Shown: positions 40,556 to 50,305 of the stretch, in pieces | Layout: each line of letters opens with the position of its first letter | Numbering within the stretch: the first letter of the stretch is position 1 | NCBI GenBank assembly: GCA_964016885.1 | Contig: OZ024743.1 | Coordinates: 377,828,001-377,892,000 of the forward strand | Origin: Eledone cirrhosa | Taxonomy: Eukaryota | Direction: 5' to 3' | Length of the DNA: 64,000 nucleotides | Translations under genes and position numbers: made by a program | Notes under the pieces: model-generated | Databases searched by the model: none | What the model was told of the DNA's origin: nothing | What the model saw: only the letters and a program-made list of their open reading frames with translations

Positions 40556-41390
40556 AAGTTTTATTTAAATTGTTGGGTTACAACGAGTAAATATTTATAA
40601 CTGATATAAAAGCACTCAACAAGTATTTGGAGTATATTTAAATAAATGGAAACTATATTTATAAAACCATATTTATTTCATTATATATATTTCAGGGATA
40701 TCATATTAAAAATATGATCAGTTTTTATCTCAGTTCTGATTATAAACCTAGGAATTTTAAACTAGACATATGATCATTATTTTTCACACATTATTGATAC
40801 GTGTCTCATTCATGAATACTGATATTTACATTATAATACCTAATTCATACGAATTGATATTTTTAGATTGATGAAACATAATGTTTTAAATCTGCCTCGT
40901 TTATCTCTGGATATTTTTCTTTTCTCTCTATGTAACGGCTGTTTTCTCTCCTAACCACATATATCTCTCTCTACCTTAATACTAGAACTAAATAAATAAA
41001 TAAATAAATAAATATATCATTGACACGTCATTCAACTGGTGCCCAACTACCTATTTTCTTTCTCTCTATCTCTATCTATATCTATCTCTCTCTATTTTTT
41101 CTCTCTCTCTCTTCTCTCTCTCTCTCTATCTATCTCCCTCTGTGTTTTTTTTCTCTCTCTATCTATCTCTCTCTGTTTTTTCTTTACATGAATTTCTTCT
41201 CTCTATCTATCTCTCTATATCTATCTATCTCTGTTTTTCGTTGCATGCATTTCTTCTTTTTCTTCGCTTTCTTTCTTTCTTTCTTTTTATAACTGTCCCT
41301 AACATTTTTCACTACCAAATCAACTTTTTAAATGGAAGTTGAAGTTGTAAGGTATGTCAAATCTATCTATTTATAAGACTGTTTATATTG

Positions 41391-41456
41391 TATTTTGTCT
41401 GATGAAGGCATACCATATTTTTCATATGATATCCCTGAAATATATATAATGAAATA
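41391..41456 (+). ncRNA. Type I hammerhead ribozyme with long stem II
   Basis: tattttgt-CTGATGA-aggcataccatat/atatgatatccct-GAAA-tatata-TA-atgaaata. Stem III is the palindrome atatatat. Confidence 0.65.
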
Positions 41457-41496
41457 AATATGGTCTTATAAATATAGTTTCCATTTATTTAATATC

Positions 41497-41590
<94 letters not shown>

Positions 41591-41594
<4 letters not shown>

Positions 41595-42760
41595 ATACTT
41601 TGGGAGGGTCATGTTGCCAATAAGAAACACACGCACCAGTTGCTTTCACTTCAATTTATTATATATTTATAAATTTATAAATTTACAAATCTACAAACTT
41701 ATAAATTTCTGGTTGGTTGGTTGGTTCCACAACCAGATAGTTGTTTATATATATAGTCATAGTCCTTTCGTCACACACTCTGTGACCTCTTCAGTGACTG
41801 GGGATTCCTTTCTTCGTTTCTGTGCCTTTTCTTTCTTCTATCCTACGCCATTTTGTTTCTGTGTGTGTGTTGTGTGCTCAGTTTGCGCATGTGCCACATC
41901 CGGGTGTCTGTGTGTGTTTGTGTTCATTTTTCTATTTGTTTATTTATTTATTGTTGGTTGGTTGTTTGTTCTATGTGTGTGTGTGTTTACATTTTGTCCT
42001 GTGTGTGTTTTCATTTTGTGTGTGTTTTCAATTGTGTGTTTTCAATTTGTGTGTGTTTTCAATTGTAAGTTGTTTGTTCTATGTGTGTCTTCATTTTGTC
42101 CTTAATTGTAAGTTGTGATGTTGCTGTTCCACTCATATTTTCTATTTAATTTTGGTTTTAATTCTTTTATGCTTACTGCCTCTGTAATTTGCCTAAACAT
42201 TGCGTCTTTTCTGTGCGTGGATTCTATTTTTATTTCTATGCTCTCTAATCTACCCCTGTGTTCTATCTTAGCATGTTGGTAGAGCACAGATGATTCTTTA
42301 TTATCTTGGAGGTCTCGCCAGTGTTCATTTATTCGTTCCCCTATACTACGAGCTGTCTCACCTATGTACACTATATTTTTGTTTCTACATTGTCCTTCAG
42401 TACATCTTATGCTATACACTACATTTCTAGTTTTACAGTTAATATGGGGGCTTATTTTACAGGTTATACATTTCTTATCTATACATGAGGGTCTTTGGAA
42501 CGGGTATGTCTTGCTAATAAGTGTTTTTACGGAGGTACCAGGTCTTTCTACTATCTTAATATTGAGGTTATGTTTATTTAGGGCCCTTCTAAATTTGTAG
42601 GCTAGTTCGCCTCTAGGGGTTGTATTGATGAACATTACACTCTGGTATTTATTGCTATCATACCATGAGTTTATTTTATTGGCCTTGTTCCTAGTTCTTT
42701 CTATTCTATTCCAAAATTTGCTCCTATACAAGGGGCAGGTCCCATTTATGTCATTATTAT
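41591..42760 (-). mobile_element. Penelope-like element, 5'-truncated: linker + GIY-YIG endonuclease ORF and 3' pLTR
   Basis: ORF 42102-42731: C-x4-C-x2-C...NVVYSIRC...VYIGETARSIGERINEH...RQITEAVSIKELKPKLN. Confidence 0.93.
41755..41799 (-). ncRNA. Type I minimal hammerhead in the Penelope pLTR
   Basis: Minus strand reads agtca-CTGAAGA-g-gtcaca gagtg tgtgac-GAAA-ggac-TA-tgact. Confidence 0.75.
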
Positions 42761-42815
42761 AGAAAAAGCATATAACGATATGTGCTTTTACGATTCTCTA
42801 GAAAGGCCGGAAGAT

Positions 42816-42868
42816 AGGTAAATATTGCTGATGAGATGTAACAACATCGAAACTAGTCCAATATTCCT
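42816..42868 (+). ncRNA. Canonical type I hammerhead ribozyme, copy 1 (cleavage 3' of C42858)
   Basis: aatattg-CTGATGA-gatgt aaca acatc-GAAA-ctag-TC-caatatt. The core is complete, stems I and II are perfect, stem III is the palindrome ACTAGT, site GUC. Confidence 0.93.
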
Positions 42869-43281
42869 TGTCTGGCTTTCTGGAGAATAGAGGAAAGGTG
42901 TTTCCTCGAAAACCAGTATGACTCTAAAAACCGGTTTGTCTGTGTGTTTACATACAGAATAGCTGGACACTCACAGTAAAGTGTCCAGTGAAAAACTCGG
43001 TACATCTACATATGTACACGTGTGTGTATTCATATGCATACTAGTATTTCAGTATACATATGTGGATGTACATTTTTAACTTAATTGTTTAAGCGTCAGT
43101 CATACAAAAGTGAGTTACAAACGAAACGAAATTTAATTTCGTTTCGTTATTTGTTTTTATCGTCTCCGCTGAACCGGTACGTACTCACGCTCTATGCAAA
43201 TTAGTCTGCCCACTACTAATTTTCATAGAAAAAGCATATAACGATATGTGCTTTTACGATTCTCTAGAAAGGCCGGAAGAT

Positions 43282-43334
43282 AGGTAAATATTGCTGATGA
43301 GATGTAACAACATCGAAACTAGTCCAATATTCCT
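43282..43334 (+). ncRNA. Canonical type I hammerhead ribozyme, copy 2 (cleavage 3' of C43324)
   Basis: Identical to copy 1 and 466 nt downstream. Confidence 0.93.
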
Positions 43335-43619
43335 TGTCTGGCTTTCTGGAGAATAGAGGAAAGGTGTTTCCTCGAAAACCAGTATGACTCTAAAAACCGG
43401 TTTGTCTGTGTGTTTACATACAGAATAGCTGGACACTCACAGTAAAGTGTCCAGTGAAAAACTCGGTACATCTACATATGTACACGTGTGTGTATTCATA
43501 TGCATACTAGTATTTCAGTATACATATGTGGATGTACATTTTTAACTTAATTGTTTAAGCGTCAGTCATACAAAAGTGAGTTACAAACGAAACGAAATTT
43601 AATTTCGTTTCGTTATTTG

Positions 43620-43683
<64 letters not shown>

Positions 43684-44189
43684 AACACACAAATGTGTCG
43701 TCTTATTTAAGTATTTCTCCACGTACAGAATATATCTATCTCTTTATTAAGACATTCATGAATGTATTCTAAGCTTTGGGCAAGGTTTCTCTTCTATTTC
43801 TAGCAAGTTGAATGACAACATAGACACTTCCTCGTGGTTACGTGATGATTACTTAGCTGGTTGCTTTACCATCGGTTGACTGCGATTGAAATTGTTTCTG
43901 TGTGTATTAAATTATGTTAGGAACTTTGAATGTGTGTCACCGGTACCATTTAGGAGAAGGTAAACATTATCAGTGACACCGGCTACTCGCTAGCTTTATA
44001 ACTTTAATTCATCTGATTATATCTTGTGTAGCAATTATCTAGTATTAAGGTGAATGTTGATGTTTTGTGGATAACACACGACGACGACTTAGGTAATAAC
44101 GAAGACAAGAAACTAAATAATTGTTTCTACTTTTGGCACCTAAATAATAGAATATCATCAGAGATATTTCTCATCTTCTAAGAAATACA

Positions 44190-45275
44190 ATGGATTACGT
44201 TAAACACTTTGACACTTCTAATACATCTGTTTTTACCAATATAGATACAGTTACACAGGCATACAGTGGTGAGGAACCTTTACCTAATGAAACATATACA
44301 GAACAAGGATCATTACACAGAAATATTTCTGAATATCGTTGTGAGATTTGTAGGGAAATTTTCTCAACGGAACATGAAGCCACTGCACACAAAGATGTAC
44401 ACAATAGGGAAAAGCCTTTCCATTGTGAAATATGTGGGAAATATTTTATCTATAATTCTCATTTAATAATGCATAATCGTAGTCACACTGGAGAAAAACC
44501 ATATCATTGTGAAATATGTGGGAAATCTTATGCCTATAATAGTGATCTAACAAAACACAAAAGAACACACACTGGAGAAAAGCCATATCGCTGTGAAATA
44601 TGTGGGAAATCATTCTCTCTTAAATCTAGTCTTGTTATTCATATACGTAGTCACACCGGAGAGAAAAAATATCTTTGTGAAATATGTGAGAAATCATTCA
44701 CTGATAATTCTTCTCTTGTAGTTCATAAAAGAATCCACACTGGAGAAAAACCGTATAGCTGTGAAGTATGTGGGAAATCCTTTATTAAAAATTCTCATCT
44801 TGTAGTCCACAAACGTTGCCACACTGGAGAAAAACCATATATTTGTGAAATATGTCGGAAATCATTTGGTGATAATTCAGCTTTTTTAGTTCACAAAAGA
44901 ATACACACTGGAGAAAAACCTTACCATTGTGAAATATGTGGGAAATCGTTTGTTTCTAACAATGATTTAAATAGACACATTATAATACACACAGGAGAAA
45001 AACCCTTCCACTGTGAAATATGTGGGAAATCTTTTACTCAGAATTCTAGTCTTGTAGTTCACAAACGTAGACATACTGGAGAAAAACCCTATCATTGTGA
45101 AAGTTGTGGGAAATCTTTCACTCGAAATATTCATCTTGTTATCCATATACGGAGTCACACTGGAGAAAAGCCTTACCATTGTGAAATATGTGAGAAATCT
45201 TTTGTTTCTAGCAGTGTCTTAAAAACACACAAACATATACATACTGGGGGAAAGTTTTTTAACTGTGAATCATAA
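44190..45275 (+). CDS. C2H2 zinc-finger protein, 361 aa, 11 tandem fingers, uninterrupted ORF
   Basis: Eleven C-x2-C-x12-H-x3-H units with TGEKPY linkers. A twelfth finger is cut by the stop codon. No KRAB, ZAD or BTB domain is seen. Confidence 0.93.
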   Translation: MDYVKHFDTSNTSVFTNIDTVTQAYSGEEPLPNETYTEQGSLHRNISEYRCEICREIFSTEHEATAHKDVHNREKPFHCEICGKYFIYNSHLIMHNRSHTGEKPYHCEICGKSYAYNSDLTKHKRTHTGEKPYRCEICGKSFSLKSSLVIHIRSHTGEKKYLCEICEKSFTDNSSLVVHKRIHTGEKPYSCEVCGKSFIKNSHLVVHKRCHTGEKPYICEICRKSFGDNSAFLVHKRIHTGEKPYHCEICGKSFVSNNDLNRHIIIHTGEKPFHCEICGKSFTQNSSLVVHKRRHTGEKPYHCESCGKSFTRNIHLVIHIRSHTGEKPYHCEICEKSFVSSSVLKTHKHIHTGGKFFNCES

Positions 45276-45417
45276 AACATTGTACTTCATTTTTTAAATA
45301 CTTGTGAGCATTTAAATTTACTATCATCCAAGTTCACCTTGGAGAACATTTATCATGATGAAATGTATCAGTAATCATTCTCTTTGAATTCTAGTCCACA
45401 AAAGTGTTCGCATTTAT

Positions 45418-45630
45418 TCCTGAGAGGGTCGTAGGGGCAAAGTCCTCAAACACTCCTTTCAGCAGATCCCGTCAGAAGTAACCGTCTCCAACCGATCTAG
45501 CTGGATTTCCAAGCAAGACCAGCCGATCTTGCTTGGATGTTGTCCAGCGATCTTGCTCAGAGTTACCCTTGGGTCTCCTGCCATTTGGTTTTGCCCAAAA
45601 AATCTGTCCAGCAATTCTTTCTTTATTTGT
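45418..45630 (-). mobile_element. 3' fragment of a second RTE family
   Basis: Reverse complement of 53190-53390. Confidence 0.75.
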
Positions 45631-46727
45631 GAATTATAAGCTTGTAGTTGACTGGACAAACAAAATTATATCAATGTGCTATATGCTATATATGGGGAAC
45701 CATTCAGAGTAAAGTAAATCTACATTTGAATTCTACAAAGGATGATGATGATATAAGCATATATATGATTAAGATAAAAATACAGAAAAAAAAGGTTAAG
45801 ACTCATAATTATTCTTTTCTTACGGCCGAGCCCTAGGCCCAGAGCCTGTAACCCTCTCCTCTTCTCCCTCCTTTACTTCTGTGGCCCTAGAGTCCTTGCT
45901 TTTTTCCTCCCATTTATGGCATTTATAGACCTTTCCTCTATTTTCCTATACAGCCATACTGCCCTTTACCCCTTCCCCATTTTCTCATTACTTAATTTTG
46001 CTTTTATATTTATGTAATTATCAATGGTTTTTAAGCCAACTTTGTGAATATTTGTAATTTATCGAAATACTCTGTAATGATCAATTATTGAACTATCTAA
46101 AATCTTTCACCAAAAGAAAAGGAAATATTGAGTTTAGTTGGACAAATTTCCATAATTAAAAATAAAATACAAATCTGTTCTTGTTGGTAATCCTGATGTA
46201 GACTTGCCAACCTCAAAAAACCCAAACGGGGAGTACCATGAAAAAAAGTGCCCCAAAATGGAGAGAAAAAGAGGCATAATAGGGAGATTTTACATAATGA
46301 AAGTTATACCCATTTTCGCAAGAGAAGACATCTTTCACTCACTCCAAAGGCTATTGCAAATCTCCCTGTTGGATGGGGAGAGTTGACAGGTCTGCTGATG
46401 TGTATATATTTGATGACAACAATGATGTCTTTTTTACTAGAGTTGTCTAGTGAACACTGTCATTCTATCAGGTGTAGATGCAGTATGACCAATTGGTTAA
46501 GGAGTTTACTTCACAATCATAAGGTTCTTAGTTCAATCTCACTGCTTAGCATGTTGGGTAAGTGTTATTTATTATAGCCACATGTTAACCCAAATCTCGT
46601 GAGTGAAAAACTGTTGGGAAACTTGTTAGATGGATTGTACTAGAAACTCTAACGTTCCAGTTTTATCTCCCTGAGAATTATGTTCAGAGTGGCACATATC
46701 TTTGGAAGATTCAGTCACTTACACAAT

Positions 46728-46920
46728 AATTGTTTCTACTTTGGGCGCAAGGCCAGCAATTACCCCAGTGCATTACTGGTACTTTATTTTATCAACCCTT
46801 AAAGGATGAAAGGCAAAATTAACCTCGGTGGGATTTGAACTCAGACAGTAAAGGGCCGTAACTCTATGCTGCAAAGCATGACGTCCGATCCTCTACCGAT
46901 ACTGCCAATCCACTACCTTT
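46728..46920 (-). mobile_element. Nin-domain SINE inserted in a ~130-bp local tandem repeat
   Basis: ggatgaaaggcaaa...gggatttgaactc motif. Confidence 0.8.
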
Positions 46921-47515
46921 ACAGTCAGTTACACAATAATACAAGATAGATTGTACCAGAAACTCCAAAGATCCAGCTTAATCTCCCTGAGAATTACATT
47001 CTGGATGGCCCATAACTTTGGAAGATCCAGTCACTTACACATCATCACTGTTTTATGTCCATTTCCACGCTAACATGGGTTAGACACAATAGTACAGTAT
47101 GGATTGAACCAGAAACTCTAAAGTTCCAGCTTAATCGCCATAGAATTTCCTCCACCTCCCGACCGACCGACATTCCTCCCTTCGCCAAAAGAACGGTGCA
47201 TTATGCAGTATTAGTCTAAATTTAGAGGATATCATTACAATTTATGTCAAGTCAGCAACACGGGCTTTAAGGAATGCTTATTCAACACAACATGATTTCA
47301 CTTCAGACGCAGAAAAAATGAAACATGTTCAGATATGATGTGATATTAAAAAATAAATATAAATAAGATTTCCAAAGTGGACAAGTCACTACAATGCAGA
47401 GAACGCCAACAGAAAGAACAGTGTTACCCCAAGTCGATTACAAGAATAAGGATAATGAATTACGAAGATCTGAAAAAAAGAGATGGCGAAATGCTCTCGG
47501 AATTGACAGTAAGTC

Positions 47516-47701
47516 ATGCCTATACATTTACCATTTTATAACTATTGTGAACCTTTTACGACAGACTATTCTAAAGAGCCTATCAATAATTTAGACGAAT
47601 GCTCCAGACAAGATGACATAGATTACAACAACACTAACATATTAGAAGAAGCAGATAAAAAATTAATAGATTGCACAAATGACATCGACAGGGTAGCATA
47701 G
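47516..47701 (+). pseudogene. Parvoviral VP1-unique phospholipase A2 remnant
   Basis: IHLPFYNYCEPFT...PINNLDECSRQDDIDY...EADKKLI matches LPGYNYxGPG...PxNxLDxxAxxHDxxY...AD, with G>E and H>D substitutions. Confidence 0.8.
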
Positions 47702-47745
47702 TTAATAAAGCTATAAAGAGTAAAGCTGCAGTAACAAACATTCTA

Positions 47746-48090
47746 ATCATCATCACCGTTTTACGTCCGTTCTTCCACGCTAGCATGGGTTAGACGGGTT
47801 GTCCTGTTGTGTGCAGTGTCCGGTCGGCTGACCTTGTCTTGCTCATACAGGAACTGATTCTGGCTTGATTTCTACAGCTGGATGCCCTACCTAACACCAA
47901 CCTCATTTACAGTGAGTGCTGGGTGCTTTTTTTCCGTGGTGCCTACACATCCACTTTACAGTGTGGGCTGGGTGCTTTTTGCAGTGGAATGATAGGGACC
48001 CCAGTCCTATCATCTCATTTCTACAGCTGAGTAAAGTGGAGCAATGTGAAATAAAGTGTCTTGATCAAGGAAACAACACATCACCCGTGT
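47746..48090 (-). mobile_element. RTE-tailed SINE-like repeat inserted in the viral VP gene
   Basis: catcatcaccgttttacgtccgttcttccacgctagcatgggttagacg, as at 28500-28560 and 30972. Confidence 0.8.
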
Positions 48091-48476
48091 GTTTCCACCG
48101 ACAAACAAAAAAGGAGAATAGAAGGCATACAACAGAAGAAAAATCAAGACGAATTAACGTGCAACGTATCAGACAGAGACTTAATAGAAGCATTTCATGC
48201 ACAAGATAGCGGAGTAGGAGATTCACAACAAGATACAAACATGGGGGAATCACATGTAGGGCCATCACCAGGAGGCGGTGTAGCTATGGCAACAGGGGAC
48301 TCTCTACCATTGACTGGTGATATAAATCCTATAGTAAACAAAAAGTTTTTGCGAACTTGACAATACTACATAATACAGCATTCACTAGGCATACAAGCTC
48401 TGTGTTAACGAAATAATAAAAATCCTTTCTATCCATTTACAGAAAAACCACGTAACCAAGGTTTGGGATCTATTAA
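48090..48476 (+). pseudogene. Parvoviral capsid N-terminal remnant
   Basis: ...GPSPGGGVAMATGDSLPL...NKKFLRT*QYYI resembles the GGGVGxSTG...RTW start of parvoviral capsids (TGA is probably a former TGG). Confidence 0.55.
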
Positions 48477-48481
48477 CAAAA

Positions 48482-48961
48482 AAAAAAAACTTATTAGTTT
48501 TTAGAGGATTACCAAACATTGGAAAGAGTGTGATAGCTAAATTATTTTCACATCAGTCTACAATTCAAGGAACATCTTTTCCATTCCAAAACTTAACAAA
48601 CGTCGAAATAGGTTTAATAGAAGAACCATCTTTTACACTAGAGACACTGCAAACTTTTAAAAAATTAATGGAAGGTGTTGACACAGAGGTCATGGTCAAA
48701 TTTAAAGTGGATCAAATTGTGAAACCAGTAATACTAAATTTGATCAAAATGCTTCACTTGCAGAAAGATTGGCTTTCGTAACTAGGTACACAGAATTTCT
48801 ACATGTTAGAAAAAAATTAAATCCAGGTATCTGGAATATTCTATTTTATGAACATTGATTCAATGAACTCGCCGATGATGGGCATGATTTGTCTGAAGAA
48901 CATTTAAATTTCGTTCTAGATGAATACAAATGAAAAGTTGCTGAGCTCAAAGAAAGAAAAA
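48482..48961 (+). pseudogene. Parvoviral NS1 SF3 helicase remnant
   Basis: KKNLLVFRGLPNIGKS (Walker A), FPFQNL, IGLIEEP (Walker B), FKKLMEG...VKFK (B'). After a frameshift: AERLAFVTR and KKLNPGIW. Confidence 0.88.
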
Positions 48962-50305
48962 GAAGATTCAGTCATTTACACTATAATACAAGATGAATTA
49001 TACCTGTCAATCAAAGATCCGTCCTTGTCATATACTGACAAATTGAATCTCTGAGAATTATTTCAAGGGTACGCGTGTCTGTAGAATACTCAGCCTCTTG
49101 CACTGTAACACAATATGTACTGTACCTGTATTTTAAAGGGCCAGCCTTGTTACATTGGTCCTTCCTGTGAGTTACGTAAAGGGTACACATGCCTATGGAA
49201 TACTCTGCCTCATGCACTATAACACAATGTGGAATGTTTCTGTAATTCAGATGTTCAGCCATGTCACATACTGTGTTTTTCTGAATCTTCCTGAGGATTA
49301 TGTTAAAGGTACACTGTCTGTGAAATGCTCAGCCCTTTGCACATGAATTTAACTGAAATACTGATTGTCAAAATCTTTGGTGGTTCATTTATATTTTTTT
49401 TATTCAATCAGTTGTTTTATACAGTGGTGTATTTATAAATGACCACCACTGCTGAATCTAATTATTGAAACATCTAAAGGGAACCATTAACAGTTCTACT
49501 GACTCCAATCCATGTTTGCCTTTTTTTTTTCTTGGAATTAAAATTTTGCTCATATCTGATCCTTGTCTTCTTAAATTCATTTTTAATATATGTAAGAAAT
49601 TTTAGTGTTTCTTGGTTGTTACTCCATATTTCAAATTGAAACAAGGAAAATTAATGTTAAATGATGATGATGATACTTAATTGTAACCCTAAACTTTAAG
49701 CCCTAAGCCTTATCCTGCATTTCAAATTGAAATGTTACCTAAACATAATTCATTATCATGATTTACCAATATATTACATGAGCTTAGCTGATCTCACTTG
49801 GGGATCCAGCCAGATCAGTTGGAGACTGTTGCTTTTGACAGGACCTGCTGGAAGGAGTGTTTGAGCCTCTCAGGTATAAGTGGGCGAAGGAGATGTAAAT
49901 AAAAGAGTTACATTTGGAATTTGTCAAATTGCTGATTCAAATTTTTGTTATTTTCCCATCTAAATATTTTTTATTAACATCATAATATCATCTAAATCTT
50001 ACAAAAAAACACCCAGTCCACCCTGTAATGTGGTAGTGCTGGTGTCACGATGAAAAAAAACAATCCACCTTGTAATGAGGTGGTGCTAGTGCCACGATAA
50101 AATGTTTCTGGTACTTGAGGTGGATGGTGTTTGGAAGAACGTCCAGTTGTAGAAACCAAGTAAGAAATGGAATGTTTGAGCAAGATGTGGTTGACTGCCT
50201 AAAATTTTACAGAACTTTCTAGATCAACATTCCTTAACCCTTTAGTTACCAACCTGACCAAAACTATCTCTGGTTCTATGAAATAAAATCATCCATTTTA
50301 AAGGT

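Larger units (their letters stand above)
42759..43626 (+). mobile_element. Tandem 466-bp hammerhead-containing repeat (~1.9 copies), non-LTR retrozyme-like
   Basis: 42759-43160 is repeated at 43225-43626 with no differences seen. There is no real ORF, one hammerhead per unit, and many internal hairpins. Confidence 0.85.
47148..48961 (+). other. Endogenous parvoviral (densovirus-like) element, decayed and interrupted by a SINE
   Basis: Contains VP1u PLA2, a capsid Gly-rich start and NS1 helicase motifs (see sub-features). The host repeat unit broken at ~47147 resumes at ~48962. Confidence 0.85.

Noticed and set aside
41590-42118. Hydrophobic membrane-like ORFs
   Set aside because: Antisense of the low-complexity CA-rich 3' region of the Penelope element.
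42788-43436. Duplicated 60-aa ORF (MSSYSVCKHTDK...) as a peptide gene
   Set aside because: It starts at a non-ATG codon, is antisense to the hammerheads and has no recognisable motif. The duplication simply follows the DNA repeat.
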